DNA of 64,000 bases from Haliotis cracherodii (taxonomy: Eukaryota): NCBI RefSeq assembly GCF_022045235.1, contig NW_027266264.1:35898001-35962000 (forward strand), written 5' to 3'. Positions 40,253 through 53,540 of this stretch are shown here, piece by piece (position 1 is the first letter of the stretch; every line of letters starts with the position of its first letter). The notes below the pieces were generated by a model that was not told the origin of the DNA, did not search any database, and saw only the letters and a list, made by a program, of their open reading frames with translations. Both the position numbers and the translations under genes were made by a program.

Positions 40253-40530
40253 GGGCACGAGTCGCCCAGTTGTCTAAGGCGCAGCGATTCGCTGTGAAGA
40301 GTTGCGTCACCTGGACATGCCAGAAACCTATGATTGTGGGTTCGAATCCCGGTTCACCCCGAGTATGTTTCTAGGTTTGTCAGCACCATACCCGTGTTCG
40401 TGGGTTTCACTGAAGTGGTAAACGTCTGAGACCTGCATCACTTCGGGCTTTCCTCCCACATTTAGCTGACACGCCGTGATATAACTGGAATACATTTAAA
40501 AGCGGCGTTAAACCCGACTCACTCACTCAC
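40253..40530 (+). mobile_element. tRNA-derived SINE with (ACTC)n tail
   Basis: A-box-like gtctaaggcg, B box gggttcgaatcc, tail actcactcactcac; homologous to 3582-3850. Confidence 0.75.
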
Positions 40531-41484
40531 CGAGAAACCTACCCATTATATGATTAAAAAGGTATCAGGAGCACTGAGAGAACATAATTAGCTTCGCCTA
40601 ACTCATCGTTAGTGTGTGCTGACTGTTACTTGACCAGCAGAGAAAGCTAACATCTTCATATAAATGTAGGAAGGATTAAAAGCTGGTGCGTTCTTTTAAA
40701 GAGGATGTGCAAATAGGGAAATGTTTTGTTTGCTATGGCATTTTTTTTGTTAAGTTATGAAATGCATCTCCCAGGGCAAGTATACCATTCATTTTGGACC
40801 AACTCGATTACATTTAACAATCACCTAAATATTACATGCCCATGTTATGAGCAAACAGCTCTAATCTGTTTTGTTGAAGAATACAATACCAAATCACAAG
40901 TAGGTACATATACCGTAGTGCAGAGTAACATACTGTATAAAACTGCATTAGACATTTTGCTGTTCAATAACGCATAAACAATTAGTCCTGATGTAAGTAA
41001 ATATTTAGTTGTTTATTTCATACAATTTCTTGCATCACCATGGCAGAAGACTACATATGTTAACCTTCCGTGCAGCTTCTCGGGTTTGAATCCTGCTCGC
41101 AACACGTTTTTCATGAACTTGTATCAAGGTAAATTATAAGGGGAAAAGTTCTCTCATTGCCAAGTGGTGTTAAAGCATGGTCAAAGACAAAGGAGCCATG
41201 GTTTAAAAGACAAATCCTAACCTGTGTGATTTTGTGTTCAGATCCTAGATTCACTTTTATTATGTAATAAGTGGTTTGTAAAATTTGCTTTTGGGGGTTT
41301 GTGCTCAGCTGGTACATGAATCCTTAAGATCATTATCCTGTTTCACAATATGAGTGTCAGACATATTCCTCATTGATGCAGCCTATAAATAATCAAGTTT
41401 GGACAAGGCAATCCAGTCACTGATAGCATGAGCAACAATCCTCAACACCTGAGCACCAAGACTACCAACACGCCAAGTGATCTG

Positions 41485-41765
41485 GGACCGTCTCCATGGT
41501 CTAGTGGTAGAATGTTCGCCAGGAGAGCGGAAGGTCCGGGATTTGATTCTCTGCTGTGTCGAACCAAAAGATGTTTAAAGATGGTACTTGTTACCCTGTC
41601 TGGCGCACAGCATTAAGGGGCTTAAACAAGGACTGGTCGGCTCAGAGACAGTATACTGTGTCTGAGTGGGGTATTCATGTTGAACTGTGGCATGGTATCC
41701 CAGTGAGCTGGCACTATATATGGCATCAGTCCAGACTAGCACACCAACGCACACACATACACTGT
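41485..41765 (+). mobile_element. tRNA-derived SINE (MetaSINE-like)
   Basis: Single-headed homologue of 23945-24368; a further fragment lies at ~45140-45300. Confidence 0.7.
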
Positions 41766-42649
41766 GCTTTGTACAGAGCTATGATGGAGGCAGAACCTGT
41801 CACATCAAGAAGGAATAAGATCAGCTGTCCACAATAATGCTTTCATCATACTGTTATTTGACAAATATACTGAAGTTCAAAAGAAACCCAACATTTTAAA
41901 AATTGTATATGTATTATTAAAACATTCCATTTTATCTGAATTGAATGGGAAATGACAGATGAACTAATGTCATGCAAGATGGTGTCCTTTCCACACCTGC
42001 AAACACAACCACAATAAACCATGACCATAAATTTTGTGTAACAGCATGTGCCTTTTCATTCTTTTATTATTATCAACTAAGGTGGATGTGGAACATTAGT
42101 TCAGTATTCACACTAGGGTGTGTGGTACAAAGGATCACAGTGCTGAGGTGATCATAACTCCCATTCCTTAACATACATGCAACAGTCGCAGCACTGAACT
42201 GTACCATGGCACCCAGGTCTACAGTTGAAGACAACTATGCCTAGACTGCTGCCTGTGCTGCAGCCGGACAGGATGTCTTTTCACCACTATCACAAAACTT
42301 GCACAACGTCTACAGCTAACTCTGTCCGTTGTTGATTGATGCGTCAGGCTGGTCCTCTGAAGATTCCAGGTTAGAATTTGCCTTCAGCAAACCATCCTGT
42401 CATAAGAGGCAACAAATGGGATTGGGTGGTCAGACCCACTGACTTGGTTGATACATGTCATCATAAACCAAATGCGTACATCGATGCTCCTGGTGTCGAA
42501 TAGCTGGAATGTTGCTGGGTGTCATGTTCAACAACACAACGTTCTGGTCGACCCAGAGTATTACCACGCAACTATGGTAAGAACCACACATTGACTTAAG
42601 ATGATTATTTTGGTCCTGAGGAAATGTTAAGTAGTACACAATATCTGTA

Positions 42650-43287
42650 CAATAACGCCGTATCTCAGTCTCTCAGGAACAGAAATCAAGCAACAATAAC
42701 AGCAGCTCTAGTTCAGGGGCCAATGGGGCAGTATCAGCTGACAGTATTCAATGATGTCTCCATCTTGCTTAACTCCACTGTCGACGATGTCGCCCTGTGG
42801 TACCAATTCTGACACAACACCATCATCAATGTTTACAGTAAAGGCCCGGCTACATCTGTGTTGGCGACGTGCACAGTGGCTTCAAGTTATTTTCAGACGA
42901 GTCTGGCCTCCCACTAATGAACGTCATCATGATTGCTGTCATTCTGACTAACTGATGGGTGGTGGAAGTGTGAAGGTTTGGGAAACGTTCAGCTGCAACC
43001 ATAGGTCCTCAGTCACTCTCACAGACACGAAGAGGCGACATTGTACGGCCTGTGTGCAGGCCAACGGCCGCCATACTTGATACTGAGGAAACATGTCATT
43101 TTTACTAGGAAAGGTATCTCCCTTTAACGTTCTGTGCTCCTTTGTAAACTCCCGTATTGCCAGTGTAACAATCGCCTTCAGTTTACTGACAGTCCTCTCT
43201 AAATATGTGATTTGACATCATTGCGTTGGTCGTTTGTTCTAAAACTTGAAAAATAAGGCTAACTTGCGTTTCCTTTGCCTTCAGTAT
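42650..43287 (+). pseudogene. Decayed Tc1-like transposase / element remnant
   Basis: Fragmentary motifs read across frames (W..VIF.DES, GGGSV.VW, RRR..C.ACVQANG.HT.Y) and a terminal ttcagtata. Confidence 0.45.
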
Positions 43288-43944
43288 ATTTCAAACTTTT
43301 TCAATAATATTCCCACATTTCCCAGTGCAACTTTTATTTCGGGTTCAAATATAAACAAACAAAACGTGACGTTTTTCATCCATTTATTTCCTGGCCTCAC
43401 CTTGCAAAAAATGCAATTTTAATGAAAGGATTACATACCTCGTTTACATACACAATGCCTGTATGTAACATGCAGGAAACAGACTTAGGAATGCCAAGTA
43501 TCTATAACGGCCTGTCCCTTTGGGCGTATGGTAGTATGGAATTCACATACACACTATCGTAAGAAGATATGTATGGTAGTGTGATACACATACACACTAT
43601 TACACACCATAGTAAGAAGTATATACACGTTTACCTCTATCACTTATTTCCAATTTAATTACCCATTTGAACAAAAAACCTCTACAGGTCTTACTGAAGA
43701 ATATAACCAACACACACAGATATACATACGTTCTTAATAAATATATCATGTATAAACAATCTTGGTTACAGACGTCTGCCAAGGTGTGAAAGAAATTAAC
43801 ATTATAATATCCAATAAATATTAGCGCGAAATATATGCCAAAAGTTCATTTATAACAATATGACAATTAATACAATCAAAATATACAAATATTTTTTTAA
43901 AATGTATCAAATCCTTTCATAAACCAAAACAAGATAAGCAGGAG

Positions 43945-46768
43945 CTATTCTGGCACATCTACAATCAGAGGACAGACGAACTCGGAATGTCGGATTCCAA
44001 GGGAATGGACAGCAGCCTTTGGTCGGTTGATGACAACTCTCTCTGGGCAATGAGCTCCAGGCCCTGGCTTCATCGTACTGTCCCCGGGCATGTAGCTGCG
44101 TCTCCTCAAGGAGTACAGGGGGGCCCTGTCCTTATAGAGGTCGGGGACGGTGGCATTGTAGTTGCCAGGTCCGGGGGCCTTGGCCATGTCATCCGCGTAG
44201 CCGCCGATCATCGACCGTGCCGTCATGGAGTAGCCGGGAGATGATTGCTTGTCCGGCTGGAATGCCCCCAGAACCTTTGGTAGGGTGTATTTGTTCGGGG
44301 CTGGGTTGCCATCACGTTTACGGTAGCGGGTCCGGGAACCGATGGAATGCTTAGGGGCATTTTTCTCCCCCTGTGGGTGAACCCGTTCCGGCATGTAAGC
44401 TCTTGGTGATGGAGTCTTGAACGTGCCTTTAATGTGAGAAAGCATTATTATTTAGTGATGCTTTACTTATGTTATCTTGCCATCAATACAATATAAATCA
44501 GTTTATTTCCCACGTCGACATTATTGTTATTATTGTTGTTATACATACCAAGATATGTCTGTCTGGCAAGCAGGGAATAGGCAGGGGTGCCGTCTCTACC
44601 CGACCTTGTTATGCTCGGGTCGATGAAATACGCCGGACCAGGACTGCATTCCTTCTTTGTGGCTGTAGAAACAGCACGTACAAAATTTATGACAAACAGT
44701 GGGTTGTTATAAAGTCACCCAGATACATAATATGATGTATAGTTCAGTTTAGAAAATTAAACAACATAATGACCTACACGTGCACAGGTTTTCCTTGTAT
44801 GAAACACCTTATTGCACGCAATTTTCCCTTGTTACACCTGCACACATGATCCACTTAATGAAGCTCCTATAATGTTCTTTAAAATGTGAAGTACATACTC
44901 ACTCACTCACTTTTGGTGAAATGTGAGCATAGAAATTACATGCATCCTTCAACACCGCTAGGATCCACTGGTCTAAGGGCCAGTGAGTTCGCAAAAGGTA
45001 TGGATTGAAATCCGTATTACCAGCTACAGATCTTCACCTGAGAGAATAATTTCACTGCAGGGGTTCATATTGGTAAAATTTGGCTGACTACTGTTTAACA
45101 CTCGCTCAGAACCATATGTCCAAATTACATAAAATCCTCGGCATTAAGGGGATAAAAAGGACTTGTCGACTCGAGTCTGGTATCTCAGTTGGCTAGCACT
45201 AGAAGTCTGGACTAGTACAAGCAGTCACACATTGACACGTGAATGCACGTCGCAAAACAAATGAACTTATCTTGAACGCAACGTTAGTCCCCATTTCACT
45301 CCACTTATTTTGTGGTAAGACCCGCACAAAATATGGATAGAGTGGTCAACGTGTTATTTGATGGAATGCGTCATTGTACCCCTGACAGCGTCCATCGAAG
45401 CTCATGCTATCAACCAATATACACATTCTCAGTTATAGAGGCGCCGAGTTGAAAACAAATATATATATCCAGGAACAGCAATCACAGAGACAGTGACATC
45501 AAAGTTATGAAAGGTAGGACCTATTGATAAATGCCACCCTCACAGTGGGATAAGAATCAACCCTCGTCTTCTGCTATGTTTCCGCTGCTCAAACTATATA
45601 TAAGACATAAAATGGCCCCAACTCCCCAATAACATAATAGTAGTCACCTGTTTATATCGACACTCCAAAAAGAAGATGAATGACTACCAACAGAATTAAG
45701 TGCAATTGGCCAAGTGGATTAGTAACACCCAATATAACTGCAATGATCTAATGATAATCTAATGCTGCAATAAAAACAAACTCTAGATTTCCTATCCGCA
45801 AAAGCACATCCCCTGTTCGAGTGAACAGCTGTTGTGTTCTGCATCGTCAGTAAATACGTGACACAAAAGCACATATTTGATATTTAATGTCAGTTACAAT
45901 CAAATGCAATCGTTTACGTATTTTGGCATGATCGGTAGCTCCGTGTAGAACATGTTAACGTGTAAATGTGTTTGATCCTGGACCGAGTAACATTAACTTA
46001 GTATTTTAACGGTAACTATGCCAACTAACCGAAGTCCCCGAGACGACGTCCAAACGAGTAGGCAGGTCTGGTATACTTTGTGAAGTCATGACCATTGAAT
46101 CCACACGTAGAAGGCAAGGCATAACGCCCAGGACCGGGACCTGTAGTAAATAGATATGTAATTAACACCTAAGTAACTATATGATATTCACGATTAATAT
46201 ATCCATATTTACGACGTGACTAAAACCATACATAACGAAACCTGAGTGAAATCGACAAGACATAAAATATAATATGCAGGATGCGTCTTCTTCATGTGAT
46301 TTGATAAAGCTGAACTCGTATTTCCACTGGTAGCTTAGACCAACATTTATACCCAGAAACGAAATTATATTATTTAAAAAAAATTATAAACAAACTACAA
46401 AATAAAACCCACATGAGTTCAGAACAAAGCTAAATTTTAGCCTAGAGCTGAGTCAATCTCAGCTTGCCAAATCAATCTAAACTTTTGTTGGATTATTTTA
46501 TTAATTTTTTCTCTAATGTCTGGTAGCAGTACATGGTTTTTTTCACAAATTAAGGGGTATGCCGGATGCCTGGAGGTAGCAAGTTGGCACCTCAGTAGAG
46601 GTGAGATTAAGGTGCAGGCTGTTGCTCCCCGTAGAGACGCGATAAACTGGACTTACTGATAATGACACTGAGTGCTAAAGTTCTAAGTATATAAAACAGG
46701 TATTAAATTCACTCACCCCTCTGTCTAGCAGCAATGGGGATATTCTTCTTACTCTTGACAGACTGCAT
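43945..46768 (-). CDS. ODF3: Outer dense fiber protein 3 / CIMAP1-like (SHIPPO PGP-repeat protein)
   Basis: Exons 46768-46717, 46140-46030, 44662-44549, 44426-43945, in phase. PIAARQRGPGPGRYALPSTCGFNGHDFTK..PAYSFG, SPGPAY, PAPNKY, PGPGNY, GDSTMKPGPGAH, C-terminal SLGIRHSEF. Confidence 0.9.
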
Positions 46769-46779
46769 GTCTGATTAAA

Positions 46780-46935
46780 TAGCCCGCCACGAAAGACTTC
46801 TCAATGGGGGCGTGCCTTAACAACAATGACGCGTTGCTATTCAAGCACTTCCGGGTTGTCGTCACGTCCCAATCTCGCGCGGTGAACGTGAATACGAGCC
46901 TTGGTCAAGTGACTTCCTGCTTTATGAGGTACACA
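46780..46935. promoter_or_regulatory. CpG-rich promoter upstream of ODF3, possibly bidirectional
   Basis: gttgcta (RFX half-site), cacttccggg (ETS), gtcacgt, tctcgcgc, gacttcctg; possible + strand donor gag|gtacac at ~46929. Confidence 0.5.
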
Positions 46936-48669
46936 AACTTTAAGAACATATTGTGAATTACTGTTTATTCTGTACTGTTATGTGAAGATGCACATCCCAA
47001 AAGATATACGATTTCTTTTAAACGAACGTTATAATCAATTGTCTTTCAGAAATATACACGTTATGTCTGTCATCTATCGGTGATGTTTTGGGTGGAAATG
47101 GTTGAGTGATTCTGCATCTTGCGTGTTGATAAATAAGTCATTCAGTTCAGTAGGCATATCTGTATGTGCAGCATTGACGCAATGCTGTGGGGTGGCTGAA
47201 ATAGTTTAAGTTGTGTGTGTCCAAGCGAAGAGAAGTGTTGTCAGAACATATAATTTGCCTTTGAATGCACAACTTGTGTGTATTTTATTTAGGCCTTCTA
47301 GGCTATATGTAGGTCGATATCAGTCTCTTATCTCAATCTTCATGCAAATGCATTCAGATGGTATTTCATTTAGATAAATACAAATACTGATATGGAACAG
47401 CAGCAGAGATCTGACATTTCGATCATGAAATAACTTGGTGTGCATTTACGAGAATAATATGTGTCTCTATGTAAAATAATTGCTGTAATTAATGGAGAAT
47501 GAGTAATGTCAGTATTGAGTAATTCATATTGCTACTACTACTAATAGATATGTATTGCGCTTAATATCCATCTGCTAGCTGCTTGTGCTTGAACATGTGA
47601 TTGTAGTCTACATGAAGTAAATAGTCTCCATGTTGTTCTCATATTGAGAGCTCTCTCCGTAATGATCGATAACCACGAAGACCTTGGGATACGATCCCAG
47701 GTTTATTCATCTATCATGACGGTAGTACATGTGACATCATCAACTACGTCATCGTTCAAGCTACCTGATACTATATACTCTAACACTAATCTCAATAAAA
47801 TAACACTGCAATGATAAAATGTATTGAGTTTTGTGGGAATAGGAATAAAATGTGGAGATGCTTTAATGATATGTGTATCATGATTGAGGACTGCTGTGAT
47901 CGCTCTTTGTTTTTGCATTCCTGACTCACTACTGAGGTATGTTTGAATAGAAAGGTTTTAGGCTGTCTTTTTAAGGCTGTCTCACAAATGATTTGTCACA
48001 TCTGGCATGGTAGGTGATGCCACAGTTTGGTGCTGCAGCTGCTAATGCTCTGTCTCCCGTTCTACTAACCTATTTTATCATTGAAATGTCACATTCCTGT
48101 TTTGCTTTCCTAACCTTCCCATGCTGTTCCAAAATTAAGAAAATCCTGTTGACTTTTGACAGAATACAAATGATAAATCAATAGAATAAGGATATTGTTG
48201 TCAGTAGGTCCAGTCCTATTGCAGCTAATGTGTCTCCAAAAAGATGACTCTGTAATTGTAAATGGAGCTATAGGCAGTGTCTGAAATAATATTTACTCCC
48301 TATGTCTGATTCAAGATTGTCCGTGTATTAGATGACAGTTGGGCAGGCTGGGATAAATTTTACCTATACTGACAAAAATGTTAGCAGCCACGGTATAGCC
48401 GGCTTGCAGCTATTTTGGACACTGGCCATTGACAACCTTCATCACATGTAAATTGTTCCTAGTACAACATCATGAAGAGATGACTAAATTTGAGTTATTA
48501 GTAGTTAACAATATTGGGACTTTCCTGATTATGTCTTTTTTTTTTTAACAATGTGTGATTATCATATCATGCATATGACAGTCCAACCTCATTTATCCTG
48601 ATCTTGCGTTTCTTAATATGTTGTCTGGATAAAAGAGTTTCACATAAATATCATCTGGTGGGCAATGTT

Positions 48670-51600
48670 CAATCAATCAATCAATCTTTATTTCAAGTAC
48701 TGAAAAGGCCATAGGCCTATAGTACATATATACATACAGTAGCAATGGGTGCAATAGGAATTACATATATCGTAACAAAATATCACATCTATAATGCAGA
48801 GGATCTGATGTTCATTGCATGATATCTATACATTGAAAGATATTTTGTGACTGTTTCATTTTGGGATGACATGAGGATATAAAATTTGTCTATTCTAGGA
48901 TTCAGATAAAAATAGTTATGTATGTATTCTTTTCTGATATTTGCATACAATGGACAGACTAGCAAAAAATGGTATTCATCTTCTATCTCTTTGCAAGTAC
49001 AATATTTACACAATCTGTTTTCCCTTGGTATCGCTAAATGTCTACCTTTTTCTATTAGAAGGTCATGAGAACCACATCTGAAACGGGATAGTGCTGTTCG
49101 GAATTTCTTAACATTTATATCCAAAAGATATTTTTCGGTCAGAATGAATGATTTAAAACAGGTGTAATGCTTTAACTTATTATGTAAGTTTAGTGAAGAG
49201 TACCACTTTTGAAAATACATATCTTTTAGCCTTTGTCTTAAATTATATATGAAACGATCTGGTACTGTTACATGTTGCTCTCTCCAAATGTACTCATACC
49301 CGCAAGATTGGAGTATCTTTTTGACACCCGAGGCCCAGTTATTTTTACCTCTGCTATCGTAAAGAATCATCATGTTATAGCATTTCTTTGGGAATCTGGT
49401 ATTTGGCATTTTAAGCAATTTTATCCAATATTTTATTACTTTTATGTAACTGAATATATACATTGGGTATCTCCCACATTCCCCGTAAACTGTAACATTT
49501 GGAGTGTTGGAATTTACTCCTAAAAATCTTTTATACGCAGATAGATGTACCTTCTCTATTGTATCATAGTTCTCTAGGCCCCAGACCTCAGCACCATAGA
49601 GTAAAATAGGACTGATCTTAGTGTCGAAAATCTTAGAGAATGTTTCAAAGCTAATATTTCCAAGGGGTTTTAGGTTTTGTAAAATGCCAATTAAAATCTT
49701 TTTGGCTTGTAGTGCGGCTTTGTTGCAATGCAGTGACCAAGTAAGTCGATTTGTAAAATGTACCCCCAAATATTTGTAACTTCTTACAACCTCAAGTTTT
49801 TCACCTTTGTATAGCCATTTTTCTCGTTTTGATAATTTCCCTCCATTTTTGAAAACTACAACCTTTGTCTTATCGATATTGACCTTCAATTTCCATTTGT
49901 TACAATAATACTCAAGTTCATTTATTAACTTTTGAAGTCCAGATACTGTGCTCGAGAACATAACTATATCATCAGCAAAAAGGAGTAGGAAAAGTTTAAT
50001 AGTTTCTGGATGGAGTTGGATACCCTCGTTACAATTTTCAGATATTTGTATCGAAAGTTCATTTATGAAAAGTGAAAACAGGAATGGACTTAGAATACAT
50101 CCTTGTCTAACCCCAGTATTACAGTAGAAGGAATCAGATAAGGTGTTATTGTTTCGAACACAGACCTTCACATTGTGATATATACAACATAGTAATTTAC
50201 CAATTTTACTACTGATACCTTGAGATTTGCAAAGGGACCACAACATGTTTCTGTTAATTGAGTCAAACGCCTTAGCAAAATCAACAAATATAGCATACAT
50301 TTTTTCTCCTTTTCGTGCTAAATATCTCTGTACAAGTGTCTGCAATACAAATACATTATCAATTGTAGAGTATCCATGCCTGAAACCGGCTTGTGCTTCA
50401 TTTATCTTATTAAAGGAATCTGTCCAAAATACTAAACGTTTGTGTATAATACTGGTAAAAATCTTACTGAAAACACTCAAAAGAGTTATACCCCTATAGT
50501 TATTGGTGACATTAGTTGATCCCTGTTTGTGCAAAGGAATTACTATCCCCAGAGTCCACTGTTCTGGAAAATAAGTCTTTTCAAGCATAACGTTAAAAAG
50601 AATTTCAAGGTAGGGGAGGAGAATATCGGACGAATATTTAAAAAATTCAGGAATCAAATTATCTTCACCAGCTGCTTTATTGCTTTTTAAGTTTGCAATG
50701 CTTTCTGAAATTTCATTTCTTGTTATAGGTGAATCAAGAATATCTGAAGTTAACTGACAAAAAGAGTTATCAAATACATTCCATTCGTCGATATCAAAAC
50801 ATCTTTCCTCGTTCTCTGTAGAAGTTGAAAACAGATCCCTGAAATAGTTAAACCAATCATCAATTGGAATATTGTTTTGTGTATAACGATTAGTGTTTAG
50901 CCCTTTAAGAGTGGCCCAAAATTGTTTAGAGTCGCGCATACAATGTTCAAGTTTTTCCTGTTTCTCTTTGAAAAAATTCGTTTTCTTTTCTCTGCATACA
51001 CTATTATATTTATTTCTAATATAATTATACTCATATAATGAGTTATTATCCTTTTTTCTTCTAAAATTGTTTAAATATTTACATCTTTCCTTTTTGAGTA
51101 GCTCACATTCACGGTCAAACCACTGTTGACTAAATGTGTTAGAAGTACACACTCTTTTCATGTCGCTTGCTGCCGTGCACAAGGCCTCTGACATGTATCT
51201 AACACTTTCGTCTATATTGTGTAACACTTCGTCAACAGCCTTTTCTAATAAAGAGTAGCATTCACTGCTCAACAAGTTATACATAAATTGGTCAGCTTTA
51301 TCATTGACCCAAACGAATTTGGAAGCCTTCTTATTACCATGAGCTTGCACGGGTTTAGTCTGCACAGAAGTATATAAGCTCGCCATGACAGGAAGATGAC
51401 AGGATTCCGTGCGTGATACAATGGTGAAATTACAGCATACGTCAAACAACCCAGATGAACAGATTATGTAATCTATGACGCTAGCACCTTGATGGCCAAT
51501 AAACGTATAGTCCCCAACTTCTGAGTCTGACCCACATCTTCCATTCAAGATATGTATATTTAAGATACTGCATAAATTTATCAAACTTTTTCCAAAGTTG

Positions 51601-52375
51601 TTTAACACATTATCTGCTGACGCTCGTACCATGTTAAAATGGTCGAGTAGAAAACTATACACGGAAGAATTATCATTTTCTAAATATTCAAGAATATCAT
51701 CTTCAACAAAATCCGGCTCAGTACCTGTGCGTGCATTGAAATCTCCACCTAACATAATATAATAGTTGCCGCAGTGAGAAAGAACATCTAGTAGCTCCTC
51801 CTGCAACAATAGCACACCGTTACTACAATCAGGTGATAACGCACTGTACCAGCGTGACGATTCTGGGTGAATATACACACATGAGTACACTACATCCTTA
51901 TCTATATTAAACATGGTTTTGTCTAATAACACAAATATTCCACTTTTACGGATTTTTGTCCATTTCACAAAATTCTCATACCTTTTTCTTATAAGAAGTA
52001 CTATTCCACCTGAAAGGCGGCCGAAGTCAGATATTTTTTCTCCATGTTTTGTTATAACCTTAAAATCTGGAAATATGGATAGTAAGTCAATATCTTTGGA
52101 CCAGGATTCTGTCAATCCAATGATGTCGCATTTACATATAAAGCTTACAAAGTCACGATCCTGTAATTTAGCCATCAGCCCTGATACATTCCAAAATAAA
52201 AATTGTACATCCTTGTTGATAGTTCTGTGGGGTACACTTGTTTGAAGCACCCGTAAATTGACATGGCCCTGGCCACACCCCTATCTCACAGCCTTCCGAC
52301 CAGGGGTCTATGTTTCCGGGTATATGGTCCGGGTAAACAGGATTCCACTGGAGGTGGAGTATTTATTGAAACTTG
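48670..52375 (-). mobile_element. Non-LTR retrotransposon (APE-RT LINE, RTEX/CR1-like), probably 5'-truncated just upstream of ORF2
   Basis: Intact ORF2, short 3'UTR with a stem-loop (48697-48725), AATAAA and a (GATT)4 tail at 48670-48686. The 5' boundary is approximate and no TSD was found. Clade assignment is tentative. Confidence 0.85.
48789..52250 (-). CDS. LINE ORF2: AP endonuclease + reverse transcriptase + C-terminal Cys/His motif
   Basis: 1153-aa open frame: WNVSGL, LTESW, GGDFNART, SVIDYI, NYRGITL, QAGFR, FVDFAKAFDS, GVRQGCILSP, LFADD, YKYLG, CKYC..EDEYHFLLVC. Confidence 0.95.
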   Translation of the reverse strand: MLQTSVPHRTINKDVQFLFWNVSGLMAKLQDRDFVSFICKCDIIGLTESWSKDIDLLSIFPDFKVITKHGEKISDFGRLSGGIVLLIRKRYENFVKWTKIRKSGIFVLLDKTMFNIDKDVVYSCVYIHPESSRWYSALSPDCSNGVLLLQEELLDVLSHCGNYYIMLGGDFNARTGTEPDFVEDDILEYLENDNSSVYSFLLDHFNMVRASADNVLNNFGKSLINLCSILNIHILNGRCGSDSEVGDYTFIGHQGASVIDYIICSSGLFDVCCNFTIVSRTESCHLPVMASLYTSVQTKPVQAHGNKKASKFVWVNDKADQFMYNLLSSECYSLLEKAVDEVLHNIDESVRYMSEALCTAASDMKRVCTSNTFSQQWFDRECELLKKERCKYLNNFRRKKDNNSLYEYNYIRNKYNSVCREKKTNFFKEKQEKLEHCMRDSKQFWATLKGLNTNRYTQNNIPIDDWFNYFRDLFSTSTENEERCFDIDEWNVFDNSFCQLTSDILDSPITRNEISESIANLKSNKAAGEDNLIPEFFKYSSDILLPYLEILFNVMLEKTYFPEQWTLGIVIPLHKQGSTNVTNNYRGITLLSVFSKIFTSIIHKRLVFWTDSFNKINEAQAGFRHGYSTIDNVFVLQTLVQRYLARKGEKMYAIFVDFAKAFDSINRNMLWSLCKSQGISSKIGKLLCCIYHNVKVCVRNNNTLSDSFYCNTGVRQGCILSPFLFSLFINELSIQISENCNEGIQLHPETIKLFLLLFADDIVMFSSTVSGLQKLINELEYYCNKWKLKVNIDKTKVVVFKNGGKLSKREKWLYKGEKLEVVRSYKYLGVHFTNRLTWSLHCNKAALQAKKILIGILQNLKPLGNISFETFSKIFDTKISPILLYGAEVWGLENYDTIEKVHLSAYKRFLGVNSNTPNVTVYGECGRYPMYIFSYIKVIKYWIKLLKMPNTRFPKKCYNMMILYDSRGKNNWASGVKKILQSCGYEYIWREQHVTVPDRFIYNLRQRLKDMYFQKWYSSLNLHNKLKHYTCFKSFILTEKYLLDINVKKFRTALSRFRCGSHDLLIEKGRHLAIPRENRLCKYCTCKEIEDEYHFLLVCPLYANIRKEYIHNYFYLNPRIDKFYILMSSQNETVTKYLSMYRYHAMNIRSSAL

Positions 52376-52566
52376 ACTAGGTTACACAGTTATTGAGTTC
52401 CACACAGAAGTAAGTTAGGCGGTATAAGGATGGTAAACATATTGACCAGGTGGTTCAAACAACATTTTCCTGCTGTCATGACTGGCATTAATAGTTTGGA
52501 TGATAGTTCATAACATGGTGGTTAATTGTTACAGCATTGTGCTGATTTCCTGAAAAAAAAGCCTAT

Positions 52567-52898
52567 TACCGTATTCGACGTAATAAGCGCCCACGGCGAT
52601 ATTTGCTGATATATTGGCTAGTGAACAAGCCCAATTTGCATCCCTTTCGATTGATCAATGTACACAAGACTTATTTATTCGGTATAATACGCACACGTGT
52701 GTTATATGCACCCTTATACATGGGCAATTAAAATCTGGAAAAAAATATCTGTCGTACATAAACATTTCAGGCTGTCAGCATAAACAGAGAAATTTATCTC
52801 TCAACTATGTTTTTTTTCACCAAAATAATATGCTAATAAGAGCCCCCTATTTCTTATTTTGAGAGCACCCCGGGCGCTTATAATGTCGCATACGGTAT
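52567..52898. mobile_element. Tc1/mariner (pogo-like) MITE
   Basis: taccgtattcgacgtaataagcgccc...gggcgcttataatgtcgcatacggta. Confidence 0.65.
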
Positions 52899-53086
52899 AA
52901 GTGGTTATCTTGATCAAATTTAGCATATTACTGCAAAATACCTGATTATAGAAGCAAAGCAAATTTTAAGATTTTTTATTGGAAAATGACGCAATGCAAC
53001 ATCTGTCCAGTTACAAATCCACATCACCTTGACAACCAGAGGCTTTTGTCCTTTGCCTTTAAAAGGACAAATATCATTGTGTAGAC

Positions 53087-53540
53087 TAGGGCTGCAATGA
53101 ATACACTATGAGGTGATTACGATTCGTATCATGAATATAGGGTAACGAATACGAATATTAATTCTCGAATACAATAACAAGACAGCAGCTGATGTATTAT
53201 TTGTTGTATGAAGTGTAGTAATAACAACATACATTATTTGACATGGTTTGTTAATTATTAATATATTATACATTTATATACTGCTCTTATCCAGGTACTA
53301 GTATCTGCTCAAATGTGACAATGACCAGTGACCACAATACTGTCAAATTAAATATTATAAGATTGTTGTCTTTTGAAGAAATCTATGCATATAATATGTT
53401 CTTATGGATATTTTAATGTAAAGGCACATGCTTGCATACATTCATAAATATTCGATTCAAGTGGCCACGAATAACTAATTCTGTTCATGAATGGATACGG
53501 TTCGATTCACTGAATATGCCAGTGAATCGTAAGAGCCCTA
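53087..53540. mobile_element. hAT-family MITE
   Basis: tagggct...agcccta termini; 8-bp flanks gtgtagac / gagtagac; subterminal cgaata/attcg motifs. Confidence 0.7.

Noticed and set aside
40253-40360. Functional tRNA genes (also at 24300-24368 and 41485-41560)
   Set aside because: A/B boxes are followed by SINE bodies and tails, and no proper cloverleaf is evident.
47700-48080. Old CR1/L2 3' fragment (GDRALAAAAP-like)
   Set aside because: Too decayed to support without a database search.
49272-52245. Plus-strand ORFs within the LINE, and short overlapping ORFs within Gypsy pol
   Set aside because: Antisense or alternate-frame shadows of long coding sequences.
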